A stretch of DNA of 64,000 nucleotides from positions 53,382,001 to 53,446,000 of the forward strand of contig OZ024743.1 in NCBI GenBank assembly GCA_964016885.1, written 5' to 3'. This document shows, one piece after another, positions 38,238-51,522 of this stretch (its first letter is position 1; each line of letters starts with the position of its first letter). Both the position numbers and the translations under genes were made by a program. Source of the DNA: Eledone cirrhosa (Eukaryota). The notes under the pieces were generated by a model, which saw only the letters and a program-made list of their open reading frames with translations, did no database searches and was not told the origin of the DNA.

Positions 38238-41200
38238 GACTCAGACTCAGAAGCCCCCGCGTCTTGCGACGCATCAGGCAATCATAGTGTTTCATCGCGT
38301 TCGGTCAGGAGCCAGTTGCACAGCGTCCCGCCATTGTCTGTTTGTCGCTCGCGGGTTCCTCTCAACTGTCTGACGCCAGTTCATTTTGGGTCGCCCTCTC
38401 CGTCTGCTTCCCTGCGGGCTCCATTTAGGTACTTGGTTCACCAGACTCTCCGGGGGGAGTCTCAAAGCGTGTCCAAACCAGCCCAGGCGTCGCTTGCAGA
38501 TGGTAGAAGAGACTAGCTGCTGGTTGGTGCGGTTCCTGACTTCCTGGTTTGTTACATGGTCACTCCATTTAATCCCCAGGATCTTTCGCAGACATCAGGA
38601 ATCGAATGCGTCCAACTTCTTCTCTTGGCTGGTCTTAAGATGCCATGTTTCACTTCCGTACAAGAGTATGGACAGCACGTTGCTGTTGTAGAATCTCATC
38701 TTTGTTTTGAGGGTGAACTTCCTGCTCTTCCAGATCTTGTCAAGCTGGTTAAATGCTGCTCAAGCCTTTCCAATTCTACATTGCAGTTCACTGTCCATGG
38801 TGCCCTCATTGTTAATGGAGCTTCCTAGGTAGGTAAAGTTGTCCACCATCTGCACCTCCTCCTGTTCAATGAAGACACTGGTTGGTAGTGGGTGTGTCCC
38901 AGATAACATGCTTTTGGTCTTCTTGGCACTGATATTGAGACCTAAGCTTCCTGCTTCGACATTGATATTGTTCACAATGATTTGCAGGTCAGCTGTGCTC
39001 TCTGCAAGTGCAGCAATATCGTCCGCAAAGTCCAGGTCAGACAACTTTTGTTCTCCCACCCAAGATATACCCTGGTCTTTAGACGCTCTTCTTAGTACCC
39101 AGTCAATGGCTATGGCAAAGAGAATTGGAGAGAGCAAGCAACCTTGACGCACGCCAGTAACCACCTCAAACCAGTCGTTGTAACCATCCTCTGTCCGTAT
39201 GCAGCACTTGGAGTTTGCGTAAATCTGTTTGATTGCCGAAATGACTTTCTGGGCCAGACCATACTCATGCATGATGCTCCAGAGCGACGGTCGATGAATG
39301 CTATCGAATGCTTTGGAGAAATCGATGAAGCTGATGGCGAGGGGCCTCTGGAATTCGTTGTATCTCTCAATGATGCGGCGTAGCGTAAAGATCTGCTCTG
39401 CACAGGAACGTTTTGGTCGGAACCCTGTCTGTTGTTCTCGCAGTTCCCAGTTTACCATGCCACGCATGCGGTTCAGGATCACTAGACAATAGACCTTCCC
39501 TGCTATGGAGAGAAGTGTCACTCCCCTCCAGTTGTCACAATCGGCAAGGTTGCCCTTCTTGGGGATACAGACAACCGATCCGTTTCTCCAGTCTTCTGGG
39601 ACTTCACCCGTGTTCCACACAAAATTACATAGCATGGTCAAGTGGCCCATCCACTTGACCATGCTTTCGCCTCCTGACTTCAGCATTTCAGCAGAAATGC
39701 CATCCATACCTGGTGACTTGTTATTCTTAAGGGTTTTAATGGCCATGCGGACTTCCTTCTCGGTGAAGTCATCAGTATTGATAGGTAACAAACCAGTAGG
39801 TTCCTTAGTGTCTGCTGGCATACGTGGCTCCGGTCGGTTGAGGACTTCCTTGAAATGTTCAGCCCATCTGACTAACTTTTCTTCACCCTTGGAAAGCAGC
39901 GTACCATCTTTCGCTTTCACCGGGCCTGAGTTAGCTCTAGAGCTGCCGGTGATTTTCTTGGCAATTTGGTACACAGAGCGCATGTCATTGCGTGCCGCAG
40001 CTGCTTCTGCCTCCTATGCCTTACTCTCAAGCCACATTCGTTTGTCCTTTTGGGCGCTGCGTTTCACCTCCTTGTCCTTCTGAACATACTGCTGTTATAC
40101 TTTGATGGCCTCTGGGGTAGTGGCATGCCTCTGCTAGTGTAGGGCTTTCCTTTCATTAATCAGCTGCCAGGTGTTGTCGCTGACCCAAGCTTCTCTGAGG
40201 GACTTCCTGTAGTCCAGGATTTCTTCCCCTGCAGCTTCCATGGTCTTCTTCATTTCCTCCCACCAATTGATCGAGCCTGGTGCAGACTCCTCAAGGAAGA
40301 GCAAATCTGTTCCTCAGAGCAGCCTCGAACTGTGCTTCTGTGTCACCGTTCTTCAGCTTGGTAGTGTCAAAACGCCTTGTAGTGGGTGCTTTCTTCTTCT
40401 GCTTCCTCAGTCTGATTTTAAGTTTGGTAACAGACAGATAGTGGTCACTGCAGACATCTGCGCCTCGGTAGACTCGGACGTCATGCAGGCAAGGAGTTCT
40501 CCATCTTGGGCCAATTGCAATGTGGTCTATTTGCGTCTTGGTCCTGTGGTCGTTCGAAGCCCTTGTGACCTTGTAGATGTTCTTGTGGTCAAATAGTGAC
40601 GAGCCGATTTTCATATTGTTCATGGCACAGAACTGGACAAACCTGTCCCCGTTGTCCGTGCGGTTTCCATAAGAATGGGGGCCAAGGACATGTTCAAAGC
40701 CAACCCTGCTTCCCCCGATCTGTGCGTTCATGTCTCCCATGATGATCAGGATGTCATGACGTGGGGTTTTGTTGACAACATCTTGTAGTTGCTGGTAGAA
40801 AGCGTCCTTGTCATCGTCGTTATATTCGTTGGTTGGAACATAGCTCTGAGCTATGGTGACCTTTGCATGTGATGTGGTGAATCTTGCTGTCATTAGGCGT
40901 TCGTTGATAGGAGTCCACTCCTCAAGGGCACTACTGGCAGCCCTGTCCATGATGATTGCAACTCCATCTCGGTGGGTCCCGTTCTGACGGCCTGAGAACA
41001 GGATGGTCTTGTTTTCATGGACAAACTTCCCAGAATCAGTCCAGTGGACCTCGCTGAGGCCCAGGATGTTAATTTTGTAGGCCTCCATTTCTCCGATAAC
41101 TTGCGCAAGTTTGGATGGTTGGTACAGAGTTCTTATGTTCCAATATCCAATACGTATGGTTGTTTTTGCAGACAGAATTCTGGTCCTCAGGATGTCGGCT

Positions 41201-41703
41201 TCCTCATCGAGACTTTCGCCGACACCCGTCACACAATCTCCGGTTAGAGACAACCGTTCTCCTGACTGCTTGGAATTTGAATCTGATGCACTATGAATTG
41301 TTTTCGTAGCAGGAGAGTTTTTCCGGGAACAGGTCGCTGACCTGAAGCCCAACCACTGACATTTAGTAAAGAGACAGTAAGTGGAGTAGTCTCTGGTAGA
41401 ACTGCAAACCGATGGCCACGGAATATGGTGTGGGTCGCCTTCAGTCCTGGACCGGTGCCCAGGGAGGATTTCTTTCTGCTTTAACCAGTGGCTTCCTTGT
41501 TGAACCTCATACGCCTAGTGGTGCCGTGTCAACACCACCCCTCACATGGTTCAGTCCACCAGCTGAAGTGGTGTGCCGGGGCATGGTGCTTGGAACCACA
41601 CGTGAGAGATTTAGGGGATGGTTGGGGGCCGGTGATAACTGACCACCCTACCAGTTAGGGTGCAGCTGTCAACCATCAAGGGTACTACCCCTGCCCAAGC
41701 CCC
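38238..41703 (-). mobile_element. Full-length RTE (BovB-like) LINE, degenerate
   Basis: APE ORF 40291-41352 (WNIRTL, LGLSE, MGDMNA, QIDHI, SDHY) and RT ORF 38760-39983 (KSPGMDG, NWRGVTLL, DFSKAFDS, RQGCLLSP, FADD), separated by in-frame stops. It has a (CTGAGT)n tail at ~38238-38251 and a 5' UTR to 41703. Confidence 0.93.
41541..41703 (-). ncRNA. HDV-like ribozyme fold at the RTE 5' end
   Basis: P1 GGGGCUU/AUGCCCC, P2 CUCACGUG/CAUGUGAG, P3 GGU/ACC, L3 UCCAAGC, P1.1 CC/GG, P4 CACCA/UGGUG, J4/2 GACUGAAC. G1 coincides with the element boundary. Confidence 0.65.
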
Positions 41704-41775
41704 TATATATTGGAAAAGTATATATATATATATATATTTTTAAAAATAGAGGTGTAACACACGAGTTGTGATATA

Positions 41776-41952
41776 TTAGTAAAAGGAAAAGAAAATGCTG
41801 ACAAATTTTTCCCAGTGAAAAATAGTTTAATTAGGAATAAGTATAAATTAGTAATAAGTATTGGTTAGTATTCAGTTTTAGTTTTAAGTTTTACCGGTTG
41901 CGCATTTCTAATGCTTTTCAAAAATAATTTTGAGATAGAGCGCTCGTGATGT
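41776..41952. repeat. ~180 bp direct repeat, second copy at ~44052-44233
   Basis: ttagtaaaaggaaaagaaaatgctgacaaatt...gagatagagcgc(t/c)cgtgatgtttgc in both places, each next to TA repeats. Confidence 0.9.
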
Positions 41953-42484
41953 TTGCTCTAATCAGATTAGAGCAAACATCACGATTCTTATGATGAGTCG
42001 AAGTCAATGAGGGGCCTTATCCTCCACTACTTGACCACACATATTTTAGCGTAACTTTTTTTCTACTCACCCGCTCTACTCAATTTCCTTATACCAAAAT
42101 GTAGCCTGGGATGAGTCCATTCTAGTGCAAAAAACCTGGTCAAATTTGGTTGAGAACTGAATTAGTGACAAGTCCTAGAAGTGGCTGTCGTTGGGAAAAA
42201 GTTGACCTTAAGAATATCATTCACACACGGTAGTGTGTGAATGATATATATATTGGAAAAGTATATATGTATATACATATATATATATATCAAAGGTATA
42301 TATTGAGTTAGGAACTCAAAATAGTCTCTTACAACAGAATAACTCTAAGAAAGATATATTTCCGAGCCGTAAAGAAAAACGAACACAGACATATACATAT
42401 ATGTGTTCACCTTAGCGAATCTGGTCCCTTACGATTTGAACACATATATGTATATGTCTGTGTTCGTTTTTCTTTTATATTCAA

Positions 42485-43423
42485 CTAGCAGTAAAGCCCG
42501 GCGTTGCTCGGGGTCGCTCAGTAGCTGTGTTAAAGTTACAATGTTAAGTTTCTTTCTTGGCTTAAAAACTGTAGTGTCTACTGTGCAGACTTGCATGTGG
42601 TGTTTTTGATTAATATTCCCTCAACCAACAATATGCCTTATGAAGTTAAGAAAACATAACGATAACCCGAATGTTATAAAAAAAGAGGATGCTGGGGATA
42701 GAAACTGCACTGGTTATTTATTAACAAAGATCGAAAATGTAAACACTGCAACGCAGAGAAAAACATTAGCGTAACCAAATTATCAGTTATGTCTGTCTGC
42801 ACGCCTATATCACCTCTCTGCACGACTGTCTGTCTGCACGCCTATATCACCTCTCTGCACGACTGTCTGTCTGCACGCCAATATCACCTCTCTGCACGAC
42901 TGTCTGTCTGCACGCCTATATCACCTCTCTGCACGACTGTCTGTCTGTCTGCACGCGTATATCACCTCTCTGCACGACTGTCTGTCTGCACGCCTAACGA
43001 CGAAATATTTGCTTGTTTTACGTAGTCTTTAAATAGACTTGTTTTCAAGTAAAAATATTGTTTTAAAATGCTTTTAAATGGAAATGAAGCAAAACGGAAG
43101 CTTAGTGTTCGAACTGATGAATTTTGCAGGTCAATATTTTGCTGGCTCGACAACTGTTAAAGCCAGCGTAATTTTTTACGTAAGACGCTCAATGTAAACA
43201 GAACAAAGGGAAATAACTGATCACTTACGCTCAAAAATCGATACATTATATTCGATTTCGTCACATAGGGTGGGTCAATTTGAAATTTTTTTTTTCCGAT
43301 GTCTTCGCTAGGGCTCAATGTACAAGTATAGCAATTTCGGTGCAATTCCGTGAGAGATTCTAAGAGGAGATGTGTGCCAAAAATCGATAGACAGACAGAC
43401 AACCACAGTTTTATATATATAGA
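42485..43423 (-). mobile_element. Non-autonomous Helitron with an internal ~37-bp minisatellite (42790-42995)
   Basis: The minus strand starts A|TCTATATATATAAAA and ends with the hairpin cccgagcaacgccggg then CTAG|T; there is a (GACA)n tract near the 5' end. Confidence 0.8.
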
Positions 43424-43454
43424 TTATAATTACATATATATATATACTTTTCCA

Positions 43455-43562
<108 letters not shown>

Positions 43563-43618
43563 TTATAAATATATATATGTATATGTATATATATATTTAT
43601 ATATATATATACTTTTCT

Positions 43619-43670
<52 letters not shown>

Positions 43671-43689
43671 TCTTTTTTAATATAGATGA

Positions 43690-43737
43690 GATTCTACATG
43701 ACTAGAACTGTTTCATTCTTTAGAAATCATCAGGAAT
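43690..43737 (-). ncRNA. Hammerhead fold, family B copy 3 (element ~43675-43860)
   Basis: ATTC-CTGATGA-tTTCtaaaGAAt-GAA-ACA..TGT-A-GAAT inside a degenerate palindrome. The body is inverted relative to 33450-33520. Confidence 0.6.
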
Positions 43738-43899
43738 GAATCTAAAAAATGTAACAGTTCTAATCCTGTAGAATCTCATCTATATTAAAACTTTTATACT
43801 CTGCTATGTATTGAATACCTTACTTACTGTGGCTACCTCCGATTCAACCCGGAATAACTTACCTATATATATATATATATATATATATATACTTTTCCA

Positions 43900-43981
<82 letters not shown>

Positions 43982-43994
43982 CTGTATATATGTA

Positions 43995-44056
<62 letters not shown>

Positions 44057-44348
44057 TAAAAGGAAAAGAAAATGCTGACAAATTATTCCCAGTGAAAAAT
44101 AGCTTAATTAGGAATAAGTAAAAATTAGTAATAAGTATTGGTTAGTATTCAGTTTTAGTTTTAAGTTTTTACCGGTTGCGCATTTCTAATGCTTTTCAAA
44201 AATAATTTTGAGATAGAGCGCCCGTGATGTTTGCATATATGTATGTATATATATGTATGTGTATATATATATGTATATATGTATATATATATATATATAA
44301 ACCTTTGTTCGTACTGCCTCTCTGTTTTGTTCCCGTTCAATTTTTTAC

Positions 44349-44381
<33 letters not shown>

Positions 44382-44659
44382 CATTTTACGTTATTTACCA
44401 AGGCGGCATTATACAGAATCCTTTTATCAGTGCCACTCACAGCTGCGGCATGTGTCCCACCCAGGTCACGCCAGTAAATCACTTTTCTAGTGAAAAAAGA
44501 ATGTTGCTTGTTCTGAGCCACCTTTAATGCTTTTCCCCAACATCGCCCCTCATTTTTGTTCCTCTCTCCCCACCCCGTCACCATGTTCTCGAGCTCCTTC
44601 TCTCTCTCTCTCTGTTGCTCTCCTTTACATACACACACACACAGACACACACATAATAA

Positions 44660-44846
44660 TTGTTTTTACTTTTGGCACAAGGCCAGCAATCGCCGAGTGT
44701 ATTACTGGTACTTTATTTTATCGACCCCGTAAGGATGAAAAGGCAAAGTTATCCTTGGCGGGATTTGAACTCAGACCATAAAGGGACGTAACTATGCTGG
44801 GAAGCATGGCGTCCGACCCTCTAACGATACTGCCAATCCACCGCCA
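44660..44846 (-). mobile_element. SINE family 2
   Basis: Reverse consensus, full length. Confidence 0.85.
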
Positions 44847-44876
44847 TAATATGGACGAGGTGTCAAATTTTTATTA

Positions 44877-45022
<146 letters not shown>

Positions 45023-45067
45023 AAACCAAAAGGGATATTCAATTTGTTGGTAATTCAACAAATATAA

Positions 45068-45421
45068 CAATGATATTAAAGAAATGTTAACTATATTTAT
45101 AAAACGATATTTATTCTATTATATATATATTTCAAGGGTACCAAAACTTTGGTACGCCCTCATCAGATAACATACAAAGTTTGTTTTATAAATATTGACA
45201 TAACCAGGAAAGAATAACTTAACAGTTCAAGTTTTTCCTGGATGACTATCCAGGAAAAACTTGAACTGTTTAGTTATTCTTTCCTGGTTATGTCAATATT
45301 TATAAAACAAACTTTGTATGTTATCTGATGAGGGTGTACCAAAGTTTTGGTGCCCTTGAAATATATATAATATAATAAATATGGTTTTATAAATATAGTT
45401 TCCATTTATTTAATATCATTG
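45068..45421. repeat. Palindrome with ~175 bp arms, each carrying a hammerhead-like core (family C)
   Basis: Centre at cctggat-gact-atccagg. Minus 45116-45170 reads TTAT-CTGATGA-gggcgtaccaaagttttggtaccctt-GAA-ATA-tata-TAT-A-ATAG; the mirror core is at 45321-45372. Confidence 0.75.
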
Positions 45422-45753
45422 AATATATATACTCTGAGGAGTAATTTATTGATTATCTCGAATAGCAGATAAATAAATAATCAATAAATTACTTCTCAGA
45501 ATAATCAACATAAGTTAGGTAATAGTGGCACAATGAAAAATACGACCAGAGACGTGTTTCTACCTTAATACTACAACAACGAAAAATACAGACAGGTTAT
45601 AGACGAACCTGGATCTGATCGATAGATATTAGGTATTAATCGATAAATACCTTCAATAGATTTCTAGGAATCCAATCCTTATCGAGTCCTCTTTGAATTT
45701 CGTTCTTTGTATTTATTATTGCCATATATATGTATGCGCGCGTGTGTGTGTGT

Positions 45754-45838
<85 letters not shown>

Positions 45839-46225
45839 AATTTAGGTATATGTATGCATGGTCCCGTAACTCATGAGGGAATCGAAGAACACCGTATTGA
45901 TGATATACGGCGTTTCTAGGGACTTTTTATATCCGGTGGAGCCCAATCCTCTCCAGGTTTGAATACAGCAGATTTCTTCCAGAGGACGAAAGAGAGAGAG
46001 AGTGAGAAAATGGAAGTGAGAAAGAGATATAGAGGAAGAATCGAACCTAGTACTAAACTAATACTTTTTTATCGACTTCGAATGGATGGAAGGCAAAGTT
46101 GACCTCGGCGAGATTTGAACTCAGAGAGAGAGAGAGAGCGAGAGAGAGAGAGCCGAAATAAATACCGCAAAGCATTCTATCCGATATTCTAGTGACTCTG
46201 TCAATTTGCCACCTATTTAGGTATA

Positions 46226-46719
46226 TACCATATATGCCGCCGTACAAGTCGACATTTGGAGCCTAAAAATATCTCTCTAAAACCAGGGGTCGACTAGTCC
46301 GCCGAATATAAACTGTGAACCTTTATCCCTGACGGGTAAACAGTGAACTTGCTTGCCTAACACTCGTTGTACACCACTTACCACAACTCTAGCATCCCAC
46401 CACAATTATTTCCAACTGAATCTCATATTTGTTAACGTAGAGATTATAATATCAATGACTTACCGGAGCTCATAGGTTAGGTTACCATAGGTTCGCTAAG
46501 GTTAGGCTAGGATGGTTTATTCAGTGAGTTAGAACTCACTTGTAACTGAAGTGTTTCTGAAGAAATGTCTTAGCCTTTAGCGCACCACTAAATTTTTTGA
46601 ATTATTTCCCCTGCAACTGAATTATTTTTGATGAATATAGGTCTAAACCTGAGTTACATCTCAGAATTTTAGGGGTCGACCTATGCACCGGATCGTCTTG
46701 TATACCGACATATACGGTA
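46226..46719. mobile_element. Tc1/pogo-type MITE
   Basis: TIRs TA-ccatatatgccgccgtacaagtcga and tcgtcttgtataccgacatatacgg-TA. Confidence 0.75.
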
Positions 46720-47408
46720 AGTATAATTTTATTTTTTACGTCTGCTTTTCCATGATGGTATAAATTGTTAGGGCGTTTCAGAAACGATGCTATGAAGCCG
46801 ATTTAGAGAGTGACAGGGAGTGAGGTGTGAGAAAGATCTCAGTACTTGATTGATACTTTATTTATCGATCACAAAAGGATGAAAGGACAAGTTGACTTTG
46901 GTAGGATAGACATAATTGTGTATTTGTTAGGATCTATATTGGCCCCTTTCCAAGAGAATAGTTATGTGGTATGTGACAACTGGTGGATTAAGTGATGGGC
47001 ATGGCAGACTGGGATGTCGCCAGTGGCCCTAGAATATTTCCAGTGTCCCGATGAAATGTTCAGCCGGAGATCCCATGCAAACTTAATCTATCTCTGTATG
47101 TGTCAGCCTCCTGTACTATATACCAGTGTACAAACACGAGCCAATAATAGCAGCCAAATATCCCTCCAATCACAAATCTACGCTCTTGTATGAGTGAGTC
47201 TTTATTTAGAATATCATGACAAAAATAAAAATAAAAGCCGTTAACTCCTGGTAGAACGAGAAGTCAGAAAAATATAGAAGAAGAATCAACCCGAGTATTA
47301 GAAAGTCAAAATTGACCTCTGTGAGATTTGAACCAGAATATATGCTGCAAAGTCTTCTTTCCAACGTTCAAACTACCGACTCTGCCACTTCTCTGACTAG
47401 ATATATAT

Positions 47409-47595
47409 AATTGTTTCTACTTTTGGCACAAGGCAAGCAATTATGCCAGTACATTACTGGTACTTTATTTTATGGACCCCGTAAGGATGAAAGGCAAAGT
47501 GAGCCTCGGCAGGATTTGAATTCACACCATAAAGGGGCGTAACTCTATGCTGTAAAGCATAGCGTCCGACTTTCTACTGATACTGCCAATCCTCG
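47409..47595 (-). mobile_element. SINE family 2
   Basis: Reverse consensus, flanked by the direct repeat gactagatatatataa (likely TSD). Confidence 0.85.
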
Positions 47596-47834
47596 ACTAG
47601 ATATATATAAATATGTAATGTCTGAAAGTGTTGCTGCTAAATATTTCTTTGGTCAACAATAATATCAAAGACAACTTTAATAAGAATAAGACCAATATTT
47701 ATATTTATCAGTTCTTTCAATTTAGAAAATGAGTCACACGCGTGTGTTCCCGTTTCTTTCCGCGTCTGTGTGTTGTATGTGTGTGTGTGTGTGTGTGTGT
47801 TTCAGTGTATGAGTGTTCGTGTATGTGCCTACCA

Positions 47835-47865
<31 letters not shown>

Positions 47866-48597
47866 TGTATGTATGTATGTATGTATGTATGTATGTATGT
47901 ATGTATGTATGCATGTATATATATATGTATGTATGTATCTGTAATGTTCGTGTGTGTGAAGCATAACAAGTGAGATAGAGTAATATAGATATAAGGATAG
48001 TTAAATAGATAGTGATAAACACATAGAGATTACAAGTTAGTTATAAATGAATGCAATCAGCCTTCTCCTACCATGTTTACCCTTATTAGAATGTAATGTT
48101 GGAAGTTTGGGTTGGAGTATTTATTTGGAAGAAAAGGATATAAACGATATTCCTATAGCATACAGCGGTGACCCTTAAATTGAGTGTGTGTTCGGCGATT
48201 CCCCCGACTGTAAAATCTGTCTCCAAATTAAATGGCTTCTTTACAAGAGGAAGAAGAGAGATGACAGAAGCGGGAAAGATAGGCAAATAATGCCTGTCAA
48301 CGCCTGAGGAGACAATTGCTAGAAGGAGGAAAGGGAGGAGGATAATTGCAAGAAGAAGAAGAAAAAGAAGGAGAAGGAGAATGAAAAGAAGAAGAGGTGA
48401 GGGCTAGGCGCTGAATATTAGATTCCTAGTTGTTCCAATTACTTTTGCAGTGCAGTCGTAAGACTTTTTGGCGTCTGTGAGAAAAGGTGGTTTGTTGCCG
48501 GAAGGTCAGAACTACCATCCTTTAACTGTTGGCTGTTCAATGTAGGTGCCGTTGTTCGGGAAAAACCAACAAACCGTAAAACATGGTGGGAATGCAA

Positions 48598-48646
<49 letters not shown>

Positions 48647-48732
48647 CGTGTGTGTGTGAGCATGTGTGTGAGTATGTGTGCGTGTATATATATTTGTGTA
48701 TATATATTGAGAAATAAGCTAAGCACTGCTAA

Positions 48733-48819
<87 letters not shown>

Positions 48820-49236
48820 TGTACATGAAGTCATATATAAACATATATAATACATTTATATACATTAAACATATACCGCCAATTTTATATATATATATAT
48901 AGCTTGTTTTGTTGTGATTATTATTATACTTCAGTAATTAATTAAATCCAAGCTTAATTATTAACAAATGGTTAGTTGCATAAATTAATTTACTAAACTA
49001 AGCGAGAATCTCTCCTGTGCGAGGATTAAGAACAAAGATGTTATTGGTTCGAGATCGGGTCACGCCTTTTTTCTATTCCATGAAGGATAAAATTCTCAGT
49101 TTTCTAAAAAAAAAAAAAAATTTTACATTCAGTGCCTCATATGATGGTCGGTGGGAGGGAGACCCGGAGACCTGGCAGGTCGAGCAGCCGTGTAGTACAG
49201 GGATCTCGTAAAAACAATGGATTAATTAACTACTTG

Positions 49237-49388
49237 ACGGCGGTGGATTGGTAGTATCGGTAGAGCGTCGGACAACCTATTTCTGGCATATACTTACGTT
49301 CATTTATGTTCTGAGTTTAAATACGCCGAAGTTAGCTTTGCCTTTCATCCTTACGAGGTCGATAAAATAAAGTACCAGTAACGCACTG
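49237..49388 (+). mobile_element. SINE family 2, 3'-truncated at the CRE fragment
   Basis: Consensus up to gtaccagtaacgcactg. Confidence 0.8.
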
Positions 49389-49923
49389 AGGTGGCCAGCC
49401 GCAGGTGTGAACCCCGCGAGTTGGAGTGGCTTTTCCAGCGCGTCTCCCTTGCCGTCCTCCGGGGAAACGCCTTCTCCATTCTGTCCGCCGGGGCTGTTGG
49501 GGCCCCATCGCGTAACATTCCATATTTAGGTATCTGTTGCAGTGAAGCTGTGTTTATTTTTCATCATAGACTATCTATATATATTAATAAAGCATGTCTG
49601 GATGGCGTAGGCTTTACTTTCCAGCTCGAGCCAGCAGGGTTGGACGGAGGAGATGGCAAAAGGCCAGATGGCCTGACAATCTACCCGTTCCGCGGAGGTA
49701 GTTACCTCCTGGATGCCACACACTGTGACACCTACTCAAGTGGCAACTTGGTGCATTCGGTTACCAGCCCAGGCTCTGACGTCCGCCAGGCCGAAGAGGG
49801 GAAACTGTGCAAGTATCGGCCGCTGCCAGATGGGTTTGTGGTAGAGCCTGTAGCAATGGAGACTTCTGGCGTTCTTGGCCCCCGGACTACATCCCTACTC
49901 ACTGCTATCGGAGCGGAGTTGGC
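49388..49923 (+). mobile_element. CRE-clade RLE fragment in permuted order
   Basis: The C-terminal WLFQRVSLAVLRGNAFSIL and 3' UTR with AATAAA come before LEPAGLDGGDGKRPDGLTIYPF..DATHCDT..KYRPL..PVAMETSGVLGP. Confidence 0.8.
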
Positions 49924-49988
<65 letters not shown>

Positions 49989-50423
49989 CAGCAGTAGTAG
50001 TAGTAGCAGCAGTATTAGTAGCAGCGAGTGACACTTGTAGAAAGTCCCTCGACGTGCTTGACATAGCAGTTAAATCTCTCCTAAACCTTCTATATTGTCA
50101 TATACAATAACAGTTTTTGAGCTTACTATGTCTGTGTGACAGCTCACACCTATGCAGGTTTAACTGGCCTCCTCCAACGTATATCTCGTTGGAGGTATCT
50201 TGGGTGATTTAATGATAGGGACCCCAGTCCTAAGCAATGTATTCTCCATCCTGTCGACCGAGACCCAGCGGCGGAGGTAAGTTAGGTAGTGGAGGATACT
50301 CGTACGGACGTCACTTTCCCTAATATTTTAAAAACAAAATTTAATTCTTTGATTTATTGTTCCATTAATTAATTAACTCCTTAACCTTGTCTTATTCTCT
50401 CATTGTTTAACATTATATATGGG

Positions 50424-51330
50424 GATTGGCAGTATCAGAAGAAGGTCGGACGCCATGCTTTGCAGCATAGAATTACGCCTCTTTATGGTGTGAGTTCAAA
50501 TCCCGCCGAGGTTCACTTTGCCTTTCATCCTTACGGGGTCGATAAAATAAAGTACCAGTAATGTACTAGGGTAATTGCTGGCCTTGTACCAACAGTTAAA
50601 ACAATTATATATCTGACTCTGTCGTTTTGAATACGAAACGACATGTGTGGAGATATCATCTTTCCAAATAAACAGATTTCACATTGCTTTGATGGGATAT
50701 TCACCTCAACATCGAATTCTATTGGAGCCACATAATTTATTGCTTGATCGTTTACTACTGCTTTGTAATTTATTAAAAACCATTATGTTAATGATCATTT
50801 TTGCCAATTCGTAAAATTATCTCTAGACATATTAAGGGGGCTGTGTAAATTGTTGGATATATGGCTATTATTTCTAGTATGTGCCGCCGAGGTTAACTTT
50901 GCTTTTCATCCTTACTGGGTCGATAAAATAAAGTACTAGTAACGCACTGGGTAATTGCTGGTCTTGTGCCAAAAGTAGAAACAATTATTTGTAGTATGTC
51001 GAGGGACCGTGTGAGGCTGAACTGGAACTTGTTGAGAGTGATTACTCAGTCACGTAGCAGGAGTCTGTGTGAGTCATGAGTATGCGGCGCCACATTCTTT
51101 TGAGGTGACAAACCAGAAGCTGGCCCTTATCCTCAAGGGGCGTCGAAGTCTGAAGAAAGTCAGGATTATTATTATGATGGGATTTGAACTCAGTTACGCC
51201 CTTTACACTCTGAGTTCAAATCCCGCCGAGGTTAACTTTGCCTTTCATCCTTACTGGGTCGATAAAATAAAGCACCAGTAATGCACTGGGAGAATCGCTG
51301 GCCTTGTGCCCAAAATAGAAACAATTATTA
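50424..51330 (+). mobile_element. Cluster of three SINE family 2 copies (50424-50608, 50884-50988, 51195-51330)
   Basis: Repeated gccgaggtt(a/c)actttgc(c/t)tttcatcc...gtcgataaaataaag. Confidence 0.8.
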
Positions 51331-51522
51331 TTTTAATATGCCACAACTCTTCGAAAACTATAGCAGTTTGTACAATGAAAAATTGGTCAAAGTAGGTTAA
51401 AAAGCTTTAAAAATCCCAATTAGTTAGTTAGGGTTTGGGCTACAATTTTCAAATCGAGTTGGAAAAGTAAAACACGTTAGCAATAAAGTATTATATATTT
51501 TAGTTTATTGTTTAATCTATAG

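Noticed and set aside
42790-42995. ~37-bp repeats of CRISPR-like length
   Set aside because: Contiguous tandem units without unique spacers, inside a Helitron, in eukaryotic DNA with no cas genes.
48451-48599. Possible plus-strand exon (tttgcag|...AAG|gtgtgt) with one open frame
   Set aside because: The donor is just the start of a (GT)n tract and the peptide is unrecognisable.
49391-50110. 239-aa ORF as a host gene
   Set aside because: It is a permuted CRE fragment running into (GTA)n.
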